IMG/VR virus record: IMGVR_UViG_3300002461_000132
Span: 1 to 64,000 of that record
Strand: one strand, 5' to 3'
From: a virus
DNA length: 64,000 nt
Below are positions 31,651-40,902 of this stretch, one piece after another. Both the position numbers and the translations under genes were made by a program. The stretch's first letter is position 1, and each line of letters opens with the position of its first letter. The notes under the pieces were generated by a model. That model was not told the DNA's origin and made no database searches. It worked only from the letters and a program-made list of their open reading frames with translations.

Positions 31651-33731
31651 AACCGTCAGAGATCCCGTGCTTCGAAGCGAAGTGCAAAGGTGCCGTTGGC
31701 CTCGACTGTTCCGGTCGCGAGCTCGAGGCCAGCAACGGCCGGCCGCACTATCACATGTCGCGCGTCGAGGCGTCGGTGTCCCTCGTGCACGTCGAGCCGC
31801 TCCGTCGCCCCGCTGACGAATGCGTCGATGTCACTGGCGAGCTCGGCTTCACCGCCGACGAGCGCGCGGCCGAGCTCGAGAACCCTCGCCCCGGTGTGAT
31901 CGTGCTTCCGCATCCGCCGAGCGGTGCGCGCGCACACAACGGTCACTCGTTGCGGATCGATCTCGTGCCGCCGATCAACTTGACGATCCTCGACAAGACG
32001 TATGGCCGGATCCTCACGCAGATCGAAACGGATCGGCTGATCGCGTGCGAGCTATGGCAAGCGGCCCCCGAGCATCAGCGCACCGAGCTCGTCGGAATGT
32101 TCGGGCCGACAGTCGGCGTGCGGTGCGTGGATCCGAAGCGGCCGCGAAGTCTCGCGCGTCACACCGTCGGGCACGAGATCGCGGTGCGTCAGGTCGGCGG
32201 ATGGCACTCGGAACCGATCGCGCGCGCGATGCAACGTCGCCTGTACCGCGTCAACAACCGCGCCGGTTCGCCGACGATGGTGTGGGACGCCACGACCAAC
32301 GATGCGTTGCCGGGCATCCGCCGGCACATGTTCGTTGCGTTGATCGACGGTGACCACAACTTCATCGCGATCGATCAGCGCTGCTATCTCGACACCGTCG
32401 GCAACCTCGTGTGCACGTACCTCGACGATCCACGCAAGCCGATCGGCGGCACGTTCGGCCGCGTCACCGAGTTGTGGCGCGCGAAGGAGGGAGCGCAACA
32501 ACTTGTCACGCACGATGATCATCCGTGCATCGCGATCGCGCGCGTCGAGATCGACGAGGGCGTGCGCGTGTGGTGCAGCGGCACGACGGCCACCGTCGAG
32601 ACCGACGAGGGTGTCACGTACATGGGCGTGCAGATCGACTATGACGTGCGCGTCGAAGATCAGCGCGTGCGCTACCCGCTCGCTGGCATTCCGACCGAGA
32701 GCTATCGCCTCATGCGTGGTGACCTCGCACGCACGGTCGTGTGTGGCGTGTCGATGCCGATGGGTCGCGCCGAACCGCGCAAGAGCGATCCGCTTGCGCT
32801 CGACGCAAACGGCCTCGTCATGGTCGCCACGTTCGAAGAGATCGCGCAAGGCCGCATGATGGGGCGCGCGGCGAGCGATCCGCGAAACGGATCTCGAGGT
32901 CGCGAGATCGATGTAGCGCTGACGACGGCGATCGAGTCGTGGCAGTGGCGAAGCTCCGGCACGCGATCGCTTCGACGCGTCGTGACCACGGCGTTTCAAG
33001 AACCGCCCCGACGTGATTGCACATGGGGCATCGACGCGACACGATCGATCATCCGCTTCGAAGGTGACTCGAGCGCACGAGCAAGCTCTGTCACCAATCC
33101 GAATTGGCGATCCGAACCGCTCGGTGCGCTCGAGTCGTGGCGTCGGGTCGACGGTGGCCGATGGGAAGTCGTGTTGTGGGTTGTTGACAGCGTCGAGATC
33201 CGTCGCGTGCGTCGCCTCGGCACCGTCGACGAGAACGGCGCGATCGACTACATCGCCGGGTTTCGCGTGCCTCCCAACACGCGCATGCATCCCGACGATC
33301 TCGAGGCCGATCGCATCGCGCGCGAGCTCGAGGCCGAGGCCGAGCAAGATGCGATCGAGGCGCAGATCGCGCAGTCGCAACAAGATTCGATCGAGGAGCA
33401 ATCCGCGTTCTACGGTGGAACGCAACCGCACGATCTCGACGGTGGTGTGTGTACGCGGTGCGCATGGAGCGCTGTACTCGGCATCCCTGACACGGGATGC
33501 GAGAACCTCGATCCCGAGGTCGGCACCGCCGGATGTGCCGCGTGCAACGGCCTCGGTCGGCGCTGGGACAATCAGCAATGCTCGGTGTGCAACGGCTACG
33601 GCTACATCCAAGGCCCCGAGGTCGACGAAGTCGAGGCCGCGATCCCGCCGACGGATGACACCGCCGACGAGGTGCGTGCGCGCGCCGGCATGGGAATCAC
33701 GACTGTCCGAGATCCGGACGGTGCCGAGTGA
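31647..33731 (+). CDS. Large ORFan (694 aa) with C-terminal DnaJ-type CxxCxGxG zinc-finger repeat
   Basis: The GTG at 31647 forms a GTGA overlap. GC3 is consistently high. The C terminus carries CAACNGLGRRWDNQQCSVCNGYGYI. No other motif recognised. Confidence 0.6.
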   Translation: MKPSEIPCFEAKCKGAVGLDCSGRELEASNGRPHYHMSRVEASVSLVHVEPLRRPADECVDVTGELGFTADERAAELENPRPGVIVLPHPPSGARAHNGHSLRIDLVPPINLTILDKTYGRILTQIETDRLIACELWQAAPEHQRTELVGMFGPTVGVRCVDPKRPRSLARHTVGHEIAVRQVGGWHSEPIARAMQRRLYRVNNRAGSPTMVWDATTNDALPGIRRHMFVALIDGDHNFIAIDQRCYLDTVGNLVCTYLDDPRKPIGGTFGRVTELWRAKEGAQQLVTHDDHPCIAIARVEIDEGVRVWCSGTTATVETDEGVTYMGVQIDYDVRVEDQRVRYPLAGIPTESYRLMRGDLARTVVCGVSMPMGRAEPRKSDPLALDANGLVMVATFEEIAQGRMMGRAASDPRNGSRGREIDVALTTAIESWQWRSSGTRSLRRVVTTAFQEPPRRDCTWGIDATRSIIRFEGDSSARASSVTNPNWRSEPLGALESWRRVDGGRWEVVLWVVDSVEIRRVRRLGTVDENGAIDYIAGFRVPPNTRMHPDDLEADRIARELEAEAEQDAIEAQIAQSQQDSIEEQSAFYGGTQPHDLDGGVCTRCAWSAVLGIPDTGCENLDPEVGTAGCAACNGLGRRWDNQQCSVCNGYGYIQGPEVDEVEAAIPPTDDTADEVRARAGMGITTVRDPDGAE

Positions 33732-34096
33732 CCGACGAGCTACGCCTCGAGCTCGAGGCCGGTGACGATGACGTCGTCGAACATCTCGACCGATCGATCC
33801 CGCCGGCAACACCGCCCCCTGACGTTCGCCCCTCCGGCCGAACGCGCAAGGCGGCCGCGTTGCTGGCGTGGATCGAGGCGAGCGAGAGCTCGGCCGCGGT
33901 GATGGTCGAAGCCGAGGACACCGACGCATTGATCGAGATCGGGGGCGAGGTCAGCTACACCGACGGGTGCACCGGCATTCACCTGTGGCGAGGCGGCCGC
34001 ATCCTCGCCGTGTGCTACCTGTGGACGCAGCATTGCGATCGACAGGCACCGGCACCGACGACGACGGCGGAAAATTCGATCGACGTTCCGTTCTGA
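33728..34096 (+). CDS. Hypothetical acidic protein (122 aa)
   Basis: GTGA overlap start. Sequence MTDELRLELEAGDDDVVEHLDRS... Confidence 0.5.
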   Translation: MTDELRLELEAGDDDVVEHLDRSIPPATPPPDVRPSGRTRKAAALLAWIEASESSAAVMVEAEDTDALIEIGGEVSYTDGCTGIHLWRGGRILAVCYLWTQHCDRQAPAPTTTAENSIDVPF

Positions 34097-34111
34097 CGTA
34101 GCGTCGAAGGC

Positions 34112-34408
34112 ATGTCGAAAATGTACGCCAAGGTTGCAGGGTCCCTCTACAGCACCGTCACGAACGCGTCGCAGCAGATCAGCGCCGCGATGTCGGGCAA
34201 GAATCTCTATTCGTTCGTCTCGAGCACCGCGTGTTGGATCGCGCAAGGCGCGAACCCGACGGCCGCGAAGTCGGCGGGGTCGATGTTCGTGCCGGCCGGG
34301 GTGCCGGTGCTTCTGATCGGCAGCGCCGGCGCGAAGCTCGCCGTGCTGCGCGATGCGGCTGACGGTGGGTGCTCGATCACGCCGGTCGGCTTCCGCGCCT
34401 CGCCGTAA
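34112..34408 (+). CDS. Hypothetical protein (98 aa), Ala/Ser/Gly-rich
   Basis: MSKMYAKVAGSLYSTVTNASQQISAAMSGK... Last ORF before the repeat-rich intergenic region. Confidence 0.5.
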   Translation: MSKMYAKVAGSLYSTVTNASQQISAAMSGKNLYSFVSSTACWIAQGANPTAAKSAGSMFVPAGVPVLLIGSAGAKLAVLRDAADGGCSITPVGFRASP

Positions 34409-34426
34409 GCTGTCGTCAACGTGCGA

Positions 34427-34444
34427 GCTCGCGCGGCCGCGAGC
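34427..34444 (+). terminator. Possible hairpin after the last pre-packaging gene
   Basis: GCTCGCG cggc CGCGAGC (7-bp stem) lies 19 nt after the stop at 34408. No U-tract. Confidence 0.25.
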
Positions 34445-34574
34445 ACCACAACCACATCGAACATTCAGGGTGCGAGACGCACGGCCGGGCGATGGTGCAT
34501 CGAGGTGCATCGCGTTGGGTGCGTGTCGTGATCGGCGAGATGCCCGAGGTCGGGCACCGTGATCACGGACGGGC

Positions 34575-34825
34575 ATCCGCTGTCTAGACTTACTAGACCT
34601 GTCTAGACCTCGATCCGAAGTCTAGTCAGCGGATTCCGCTTGCCCGACGCGCGGTTAGATCCGCTGTCTAGACTTGCATGACCTTTTGAGGGTTAACCGC
34701 CAACATTTCGCGAAGTGTGCTTCGAAATGTTGGTGAATAGATCGTGTATAGACGGTCTAGTAAGTCTAGCACTACGTGTAATCATTGAGGAATTCTGTCT
34801 AGACTTCGGCAGACTTACTAGACCT
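34575..34825. repeat. Cluster of GTCTAGAC-centred repeats in a lower-GC intergenic region (pac/cos, late-promoter or origin candidate)
   Basis: CTGTCTAGACTT occurs at 34580, 34664 and 34795; the first two copies extend to ATCCGCTGTCTAGACTT. AGACTTACTAGACC occurs at 34586 and 34811, with an inverted copy at 34754-34767. More GTCTAG(A/T)C cores lie at 34601 and 34620. Confidence 0.7.
34700..34733. other. Imperfect 14-bp-stem hairpin inside the repeat region
   Basis: CCAACATTTCG-CG-AAG tgtg CTT-CGAAATGTTGG: an 11-bp perfect stem plus 3 bp after a 2-nt bulge. Confidence 0.5.
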
Positions 34826-35182
34826 CGACGGAATTCGGTACCCGAGCGCACGGGCATTACACACGGTGTGCTGTCGCACGCATGTCGCATGAGTGATGTT
34901 AGTCACTAGCGTTGCTCGAGTACTCGACGACGCGGTTGACCTCCTAGCCACCTCCGAGGCGACCCCGCGAAATCCTGCGTGGCGCGATCTGCACGACGCG
35001 AGGCACCTCGAGCTCGGCCGCGTCGCGCCGGTACCTGCTACTCGACCCGGGGCCCTCGCCGCGAGCCGGGCAACCTCGCCGCGAGCTCGAGATCGCACCG
35101 CGGATCGTGAAGCTGTTGACGGTCGGGCGATCGGCATGACACCGTGATCTGAGATCGTGTGCCAACGTTCGGTTGATTTCTG

Positions 35183-35932
35183 ATGTTCGTCTCGGGTGAT
35201 CAAGTCGTCAGCGGTGCGTTGCGCGAACGCGAGATGCGACGTGACGTCGAAGGGGGCGAGGCGCCGGCCTCGCCGATCGTCGGATACGACGACGATGGTG
35301 TAGCGATCGAGGGCGAGCTCATCCCGTGGCGCGAACCGCGGCCGCCTGATGCGCCTCCTCCTCGTCGGTCGATCGGTGGTCACTCGATCGCGAAGCCGAA
35401 CCGCGAGCGGCGCGCGTACACCGAGCAACTCTACGTCGCGCAATATTCGTCGACGGAGATCAGCGAGATCATCACCGCGCGATTCGGTTGCTCGTCGCGC
35501 ACGGTCACGAAGGATCTGGCGATCATCAAAGCGCGCTACCTCGAGCGCGCGAGCGAACCACAGATTGTCGAGCAACGTCGCGAGCAAATGCTCGGCACGA
35601 TGCGGCTGATGCTGCACGAGTCACGCGCGGCCGGCGATCGACAGACCGCGCGCTTTCTCGTCGACAAGATGTGCAAGGTCGGCGGCCTCTACGCCCCGAT
35701 CAAGATCGAGTCGTCGCACACCTCGACGACGCTCGGCATCTCGATCGAAGTGGTCGCGAATGCCCTCGACGAAGAAGGCTTGAAGGCGCTCGAGCTCGTG
35801 CTCGCGCAAGTCGAGAAGGCCGGGATCAAGTTGCCGTCGTACGCGCAACAGGCGATTGCCCCCGGTGCTAAGGTGCTCGACGCTGAATCGACTGACGTCG
35901 ATGACGATGAAGGTGATGACGATGACGAATGA
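35183..35932 (+). CDS. Terminase small subunit candidate
   Basis: HTH-like STEISEIITARFGCSSRTVTKDLAIIKARY, a helical core and an acidic tail (DDDEGDDDDE). First gene after the repeat-rich region and upstream of terL. The start is uncertain. Confidence 0.5.
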   Translation: MFVSGDQVVSGALREREMRRDVEGGEAPASPIVGYDDDGVAIEGELIPWREPRPPDAPPPRRSIGGHSIAKPNRERRAYTEQLYVAQYSSTEISEIITARFGCSSRTVTKDLAIIKARYLERASEPQIVEQRREQMLGTMRLMLHESRAAGDRQTARFLVDKMCKVGGLYAPIKIESSHTSTTLGISIEVVANALDEEGLKALELVLAQVEKAGIKLPSYAQQAIAPGAKVLDAESTDVDDDEGDDDDE

Positions 35933-36182
35933 GATCCACGACGACGGATGCCGATGCACGACGTGCTGTCGTGATCGCTTCGACAAGGTCGACAAGTCTT
36001 TGCGTAGCGGCGAGCTCGTGTTGCCTCGACGGTCGACGGTGTGGGACGCCGAACCGGATCCGGTTGCCGATATCCTTCACGCGGTGAAGATCTTGAAACA
36101 GACGTTTAGTCCGAATCTCGGACAGTCCGAATCTCGGACAGACGTGCAACGAGCTCTCGCAGGAGTTGAAACGCCATGGTGA
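35922..36182 (+). CDS. Small Cys-containing protein (86 aa)
   Basis: ATG at 35922 (MTNEIHDDGCRCTTCCRDRF...), overlapping the terS end. Confidence 0.45.
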   Translation: MTNEIHDDGCRCTTCCRDRFDKVDKSLRSGELVLPRRSTVWDAEPDPVADILHAVKILKQTFSPNLGQSESRTDVQRALAGVETPW

Positions 36183-36328
36183 TCCGCGTGATCAAGCCCG
36201 GTGCATGGGAAGTCGTGACCACGACGATGCGAAGGATCAGCGCGAGCGCAGCCGCGAAGGAGCTTCGCCTATCGGGGCACGATGCGAAGGTGCGCAACGG
36301 CGAAGTCGTCGTCGAGGTTGCGAAGTGA
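36176..36328 (+). CDS. Small hypothetical protein (50 aa, below the ORF-track cutoff)
   Basis: Read by hand: MVIRVIKPGAWEVVTTTMRRISASAAAKELRLSGHDAKVRNGEVVVEVAK. An AGGAG Shine-Dalgarno lies 10 nt upstream. GC3 is high. Confidence 0.45.
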   Translation: MVIRVIKPGAWEVVTTTMRRISASAAAKELRLSGHDAKVRNGEVVVEVAK

Positions 36329-36513
36329 CGCATCACGAGAAGATGAAGCGCCGATCACTGATCGTGCGACGTCACGCAGCGCAGCAACGCGCGTTGTTCG
36401 CGCTCCCTCCTCGGGGCGAGCTCCATGGCGCGCAAGTCGACGCCGATCCTGATCCCCCGATGCCGGCCCTCGCCGAGCACGAGGGTGACGTGTTGGATCA
36501 CTTCAAGCTGTGA
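36325..36513 (+). CDS. Small hypothetical protein (62 aa)
   Basis: GTGA overlaps at both ends (36325 and 36510). Sequence VTHHEKMKRRSLIVRRHAAQQRALF... Confidence 0.4.
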   Translation: MTHHEKMKRRSLIVRRHAAQQRALFALPPRGELHGAQVDADPDPPMPALAEHEGDVLDHFKL

Positions 36514-38513
36514 CGGCGGCCGCGGCATCGGCCGCGAGCGATGCCGCGTTCTTGCCGCGGAAGTTGCTCGGCCTCGCGTTCGGCAACGTGCCGACGGCGT
36601 TCGACGCGATCGCGAAGGTGCGTGCATCGCGATCCATGATCGCGTTCGTCGAATTGTTCTGGCCCGTGATCGAGCCGATGCAGCCTTTCATCCGATCGTG
36701 GGTGCAAGAGACGCTCGGCAAGCACCTCGAGCTCGTCACCTCCGAGGACATCGACAAGCTCCTTTTCAACGTCCCCCCGGGTTTCAGCAAAAGCACGTTC
36801 GTGAACGTGTTCTTTCCCCCGTGGGAATGGGGCCCGAAGCAGCGACCTGATCTTCGCTACATCTCGTGGTCGTACGCGGCCGGTCTCACCGAGCGCGACA
36901 ACAACCTCTGTCGCAAGATCGTCGAGTCACCGCTCTATCAACGCCTGTGGGGGCAGTGCAACAAGTGCGTGAAGCGGCCCGATGGTGCGCCTCGTTGCCC
37001 TGCGTGCGAGGCCGAGCGCCGCTTCCGTCTCGACGGTGACTCGAATGCAAAGAAGTTCTACCGCAACGATTGGGGTGGCTTCCGCCTCGCATCGTCCGTC
37101 GGTGGTGGTGGTACCGGCTATCGCGCCGATCGCCTGATCTTCGACGATCCGCACTCGGTCGCCTCGGTCGAATCCGATGCCGAGCGGCAAGCCACGATCG
37201 ATTGGTTCGCCGGCACGTTGCCGTCGCGCGTGCGCAACACGACGGGTGGCAAGGGGGCGAAGCGCGTGAAGCTCCCCGATTGGGTCGCGCGTGCGCATGG
37301 CAAGGCGCTCGAGGGTGACGACGTGAAGCGCGCGCCCCCGGAGTACACGTGCAACACGTGCAGTGCGAAGGTGGCGAGCTCGAGCTCGAGGTGCGTCGTG
37401 CATCCCGATGCGCCGATCGACACGTTCGAAGTGCCGGCCGAAGTCTACGAGGGTCCTCGCCCCGTGAAGTCGGCGACGATCGGCATCATGCAACGCGTGC
37501 ACTTGCGTGACGTCAGCGGCGTGATCCTCGCAACCCCCGAGCTCGGCTACACGCACGTGCTCGTCGAGATGGAGCTTCTCGGCAACGATCATCCGGCGCG
37601 CATCGCGAACGACAACGGCAAGATCCCGTCGCCACCGTCGCGGTTCGGCTTCCAGGATCCGCGGATCGCGCGCGTGGCCGAGGTCAAGCGACACCTCGTC
37701 AGCGTGCCTTTGTCCGACGACCGGACAGACGCATTCGCGAACCTCGGCAACATCTTCGCGCGCGTCGCGCTCGACATGGCGACGCTCGCCGATCCGATCC
37801 GGTATCCGCGATCGGAGTACGAGCGGCTCAAGGCGCAGCTACTACTCAAGAGCGGCGCGAACGCCGTCGAGGCGCAATACCAGCAGTGGCCACAAGAGAT
37901 CGGCGGTGACTACTTCCCGCTCGAGATGGTGATGCCGCGTGCGGCCGAGAAGACGCGCCGGATCTTGAAGCGGGGCGATTGCCTCCCTTCGCTCTGTGGG
38001 TACATGACGCGCGGATGGGATCTCGCCGCGACCGACGACAACAAGGCGGCCGCGACCGTCGGTGTGCTCGGGTACATCGACACGGATCACCGCGTGATCA
38101 TCGTCGACGTCGTGAAGCTCCGAGGGGGCCCCGACGAAGTCGATCACCTGATCCTGCACACCACCGAGACGGATGGCCGCGACGTGCGTCAGGATCTACC
38201 GCGCGATCCCGGGCAAGCGGGAAAGTACCAGGTCAACGCGTTCACGCGGATGTTGATGGGGCACGAGGTCGACCACAGCCCCGAGGCCGGCAAGAAAACC
38301 CGACGTGCCTATCCGCTGTCGTCGCAGTGGAAGATCGGCAACGTGTGGTTGGTGGAAGGCGAGTGGAACACCGAGTTTCTTCGCATCATGTCGGAGTTTC
38401 CCGTCGGCACGTTCATGGATGAAGTTGACGCCTCGGTGCGGATGTTCGACAGTCAAGTGCGCGCCGAACCCGTTTCGAAACCTCGCGGGGGCAGATCGAT
38501 CAAAATCCGATGA
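36510..38513 (+). CDS. terL: Terminase large subunit
   Basis: Walker A-like NVPPGFSKST, Walker B ADRLIFDDPHS and a C-terminal nuclease-sized domain. It lies immediately before the portal gene. Confidence 0.8.
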   Translation: MTAAAASAASDAAFLPRKLLGLAFGNVPTAFDAIAKVRASRSMIAFVELFWPVIEPMQPFIRSWVQETLGKHLELVTSEDIDKLLFNVPPGFSKSTFVNVFFPPWEWGPKQRPDLRYISWSYAAGLTERDNNLCRKIVESPLYQRLWGQCNKCVKRPDGAPRCPACEAERRFRLDGDSNAKKFYRNDWGGFRLASSVGGGGTGYRADRLIFDDPHSVASVESDAERQATIDWFAGTLPSRVRNTTGGKGAKRVKLPDWVARAHGKALEGDDVKRAPPEYTCNTCSAKVASSSSRCVVHPDAPIDTFEVPAEVYEGPRPVKSATIGIMQRVHLRDVSGVILATPELGYTHVLVEMELLGNDHPARIANDNGKIPSPPSRFGFQDPRIARVAEVKRHLVSVPLSDDRTDAFANLGNIFARVALDMATLADPIRYPRSEYERLKAQLLLKSGANAVEAQYQQWPQEIGGDYFPLEMVMPRAAEKTRRILKRGDCLPSLCGYMTRGWDLAATDDNKAAATVGVLGYIDTDHRVIIVDVVKLRGGPDEVDHLILHTTETDGRDVRQDLPRDPGQAGKYQVNAFTRMLMGHEVDHSPEAGKKTRRAYPLSSQWKIGNVWLVEGEWNTEFLRIMSEFPVGTFMDEVDASVRMFDSQVRAEPVSKPRGGRSIKIR

Positions 38514-40279
38514 AGAAGCGAATCCCCCGATCGGTAGCCCGGAAGCTTGCAACGTCGATCAAGCATTCGATGCAGCGCGAGAAGAAAGCGGCCGCGTCGA
38601 CGCGCAAGCATTCGAACGCGCGCGAGCTCGCGCGTCAAGCGGTGCTCGCGAAGGCGATGGCTGGTGCCGCCGAAGTGCGGCCGACGACGCCGAGCATTCA
38701 ACCGACGGCGACGCTACCAGGTCCGACGAAACCACAAGGGTCCGACGCGATCGGCGGTGTCGGTGGCTACCTGATCAGCGGCGAGACGAATCACGAGTTG
38801 ATCGGTTCGAACCTGTGGCGCACGTATGCCGAGGTGCTCGGCGACACGATGATCGTCGCGGCCGCGGTGCGTTTCGCGTTGAACCTGATCGGTGGCGTCG
38901 AGTGGGAAGTGGTGCCGAACCACCGATGCAAGGATCAAGGTCTCGCGAAGAAGATGGCAGACCTCGTGCGCGAAGGTCTCGTCGAGGGTGACATGCCGTT
39001 GCCGTTCGCGATGATCGCGAAGAAGGCCGCGCTCTATCGGTGGTACGGCTTCTCGCTGCACAACTGGATTTGGCGTCGACGGTCCGACGGCACGCTCGTG
39101 TATGCCGACGTGCAGCACCGGCCGCAACACACGATCAAGCGATGGGACATTCGCGCCGAAGGATCGGCGTGGCAAGGCGTCGAGCAAGAGACCCGACAGG
39201 GCGGCCGCTACTACATGAAGCGATCGCGCTTGTGGTACTGCGCAGACCTGTCGATCACCGACTCGCCGCAAGGCGTCGGGTTGCTTCGCCACGTCGTCGA
39301 GGGAGCTCGCCGGCTGCAACGCTACGAGCAACTCGAGGGCTACGGCTACGATGCGAACCTGCGAGGGGTGCCGATCGGACGCGCCCCGCTCGAGGCACTC
39401 GCGCGATCGGCCCCGGTTGGGGTCGACGTCGACGCGCATGTTGATGCCGAGACGTACGAGCTCTCGCAGTTTCTCGCGAAGCACATCAAAACGGCCGATC
39501 AAGGATTCCTCCTCGACTCGGCGGTGTACACCGGACCCCAGTCACAAGGCGGTGCGATCAGCGGCGTTCCGAAGTGGGCGATTGACCTGTTGCAAGGTGA
39601 TGACATGGGGCTCGTCGAGATCTCCGCTGTCGTGCAGCGGTTGAATCGCGAGATCGCGCGCGTGATGAACGCTGAACATCTCCTCCTCGGTGAAACGTCC
39701 GTCGGTTCGAACGCGATGCACGAGGACAAGACCACGCAGCAAGGCGCGTTCTTGAACAGCACGACCGGCGAGCTCGCCGTGTTCGCACGCAATGATCTCG
39801 CGCGGCCGCTCGTCGCAGCGAACCACGGCGACATCGTGGCGGCCGAGGCTACGCCTTTCATCGTGCCGTCGCCGATCAGCACCGACGACATTCGCACCGC
39901 GACCGGCGCGGTGCTCGACATGGTGAACGCCGGCGCCTACGTGCCGCCCGACGACGAGGTCTATGCGGCGATCCGCAAGCGTGGTCGGCTTCCGCCTCCG
40001 CGCAAGATCCCGCCGGAGATCCGCGGCGCGCTCGAGGCGGTGCCGCCGGATCTCGAGGATCCGAACAACCCCGACAACGGGGGCGACGGTGATCCGGGCG
40101 ACGGCGATCCGAACGATGATGACGAGGATCCGGCCGATGCCCCGCGTGACGCCGGCGGTGACGACGCCGGCGACAGTGATCCGGATCAGAGCGCCGACGA
40201 GCTCCGGCCGACGACGCGGGGTGCACCTCCGAAGAAGCGCCGCGGCCGCCGGCGCGGTCGTGGCAGGATGGGAGCATGA
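38510..40279 (+). CDS. Portal protein
   Basis: 589 aa, ATGA-coupled to terL and placed before the Mu F-like gene. Low-complexity acidic-then-basic C-terminal tail. The call rests on size and position. Confidence 0.65.
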   Translation: MKKRIPRSVARKLATSIKHSMQREKKAAASTRKHSNARELARQAVLAKAMAGAAEVRPTTPSIQPTATLPGPTKPQGSDAIGGVGGYLISGETNHELIGSNLWRTYAEVLGDTMIVAAAVRFALNLIGGVEWEVVPNHRCKDQGLAKKMADLVREGLVEGDMPLPFAMIAKKAALYRWYGFSLHNWIWRRRSDGTLVYADVQHRPQHTIKRWDIRAEGSAWQGVEQETRQGGRYYMKRSRLWYCADLSITDSPQGVGLLRHVVEGARRLQRYEQLEGYGYDANLRGVPIGRAPLEALARSAPVGVDVDAHVDAETYELSQFLAKHIKTADQGFLLDSAVYTGPQSQGGAISGVPKWAIDLLQGDDMGLVEISAVVQRLNREIARVMNAEHLLLGETSVGSNAMHEDKTTQQGAFLNSTTGELAVFARNDLARPLVAANHGDIVAAEATPFIVPSPISTDDIRTATGAVLDMVNAGAYVPPDDEVYAAIRKRGRLPPPRKIPPEIRGALEAVPPDLEDPNNPDNGGDGDPGDGDPNDDDEDPADAPRDAGGDDAGDSDPDQSADELRPTTRGAPPKKRRGRRRGRGRMGA

Positions 40280-40902
40280 CGATCTACACCGTCACCATTT
40301 CCGCGCGCGTCACCGAGGTCTATGGCGGCCTCGTCGCGTGCGATGCGTACCTCGCCGATTCGATCGGGGCCGGCCCCGATGCGTACAACGCGTTGACCCC
40401 CGACGAGCGATCGAAGCGGCTGATCGCTGCAACGCGATGGATCGATCAGCGCGATCAGATCTGGAAGGGCACACCGACGACGCCGGCCGTCGACGGCACG
40501 GTGTTGAAGTGGCCGCGCACCGGCGTCACCTACGTGATGGGGTCGGAGACCGTCGAGGTTGATCCCGACACGGTGCCGGCCGATCTCGTCGAAGCGGTGT
40601 TCGAGCTCGCCGCGCTCGTCGCAGCCGATCAGACGGTGCTGACGGCGATCGATCAGTCGCAGAACATCCAGTCGCTGGCCGCCGGTTCAGCGTCGATCTC
40701 GTACTTCGGTGCGACGTCCGTCGTCGACGGCACCGCCACGAAGTTCCCGCTCGTGCTCGAGAACCTGCTAGCGAAGTACCGGCGCGACACCTCGAGCTCG
40801 GCGGCCGCGGCGCGCGGCGGCCGATGGTTCGGCAGCAACTGCGAGTCGCACTTCGACGATTGCGGCGACATCACGCGGATCAAGCGCACCGAACCGTTCT
40901 GA
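40276..40902 (+). CDS. Head-tail adaptor-like protein (gp6/DnaT_2-like pattern)
   Basis: The ACDAYLADS...RLIAATRWIDQRDQIWKG...LKWPRTG pattern recalls phage head-tail connector families. ATGA overlap with the portal gene. Confidence 0.4.
   Translation: MTIYTVTISARVTEVYGGLVACDAYLADSIGAGPDAYNALTPDERSKRLIAATRWIDQRDQIWKGTPTTPAVDGTVLKWPRTGVTYVMGSETVEVDPDTVPADLVEAVFELAALVAADQTVLTAIDQSQNIQSLAAGSASISYFGATSVVDGTATKFPLVLENLLAKYRRDTSSSAAAARGGRWFGSNCESHFDDCGDITRIKRTEPF

Noticed and set aside
34693-34909. ORFs 34693..34890 (-) and 34715..34909 (+) as small genes in the repeat-rich intergenic region
   Set aside because: GC3 is low and atypical for this genome. They overlap each other on opposite strands, they are built largely from the repeat motifs, and they have no start context.
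36166-36513. Listed ORF 36166..36513 as one 115-aa gene
   Set aside because: Its first half is Arg-rich. Hand translation gives a better 50-aa ORF in another frame (36176..36328, with a Shine-Dalgarno), followed by a GTGA-coupled 62-aa ORF (36325..36513).
36510-38513. An intein or homing-endonuclease insertion in terL (the gene is longer than usual)
   Set aside because: No intein splice-junction blocks or LAGLIDADG/HNH motifs were seen. The extra length is explained by short zinc-ribbon insertions.
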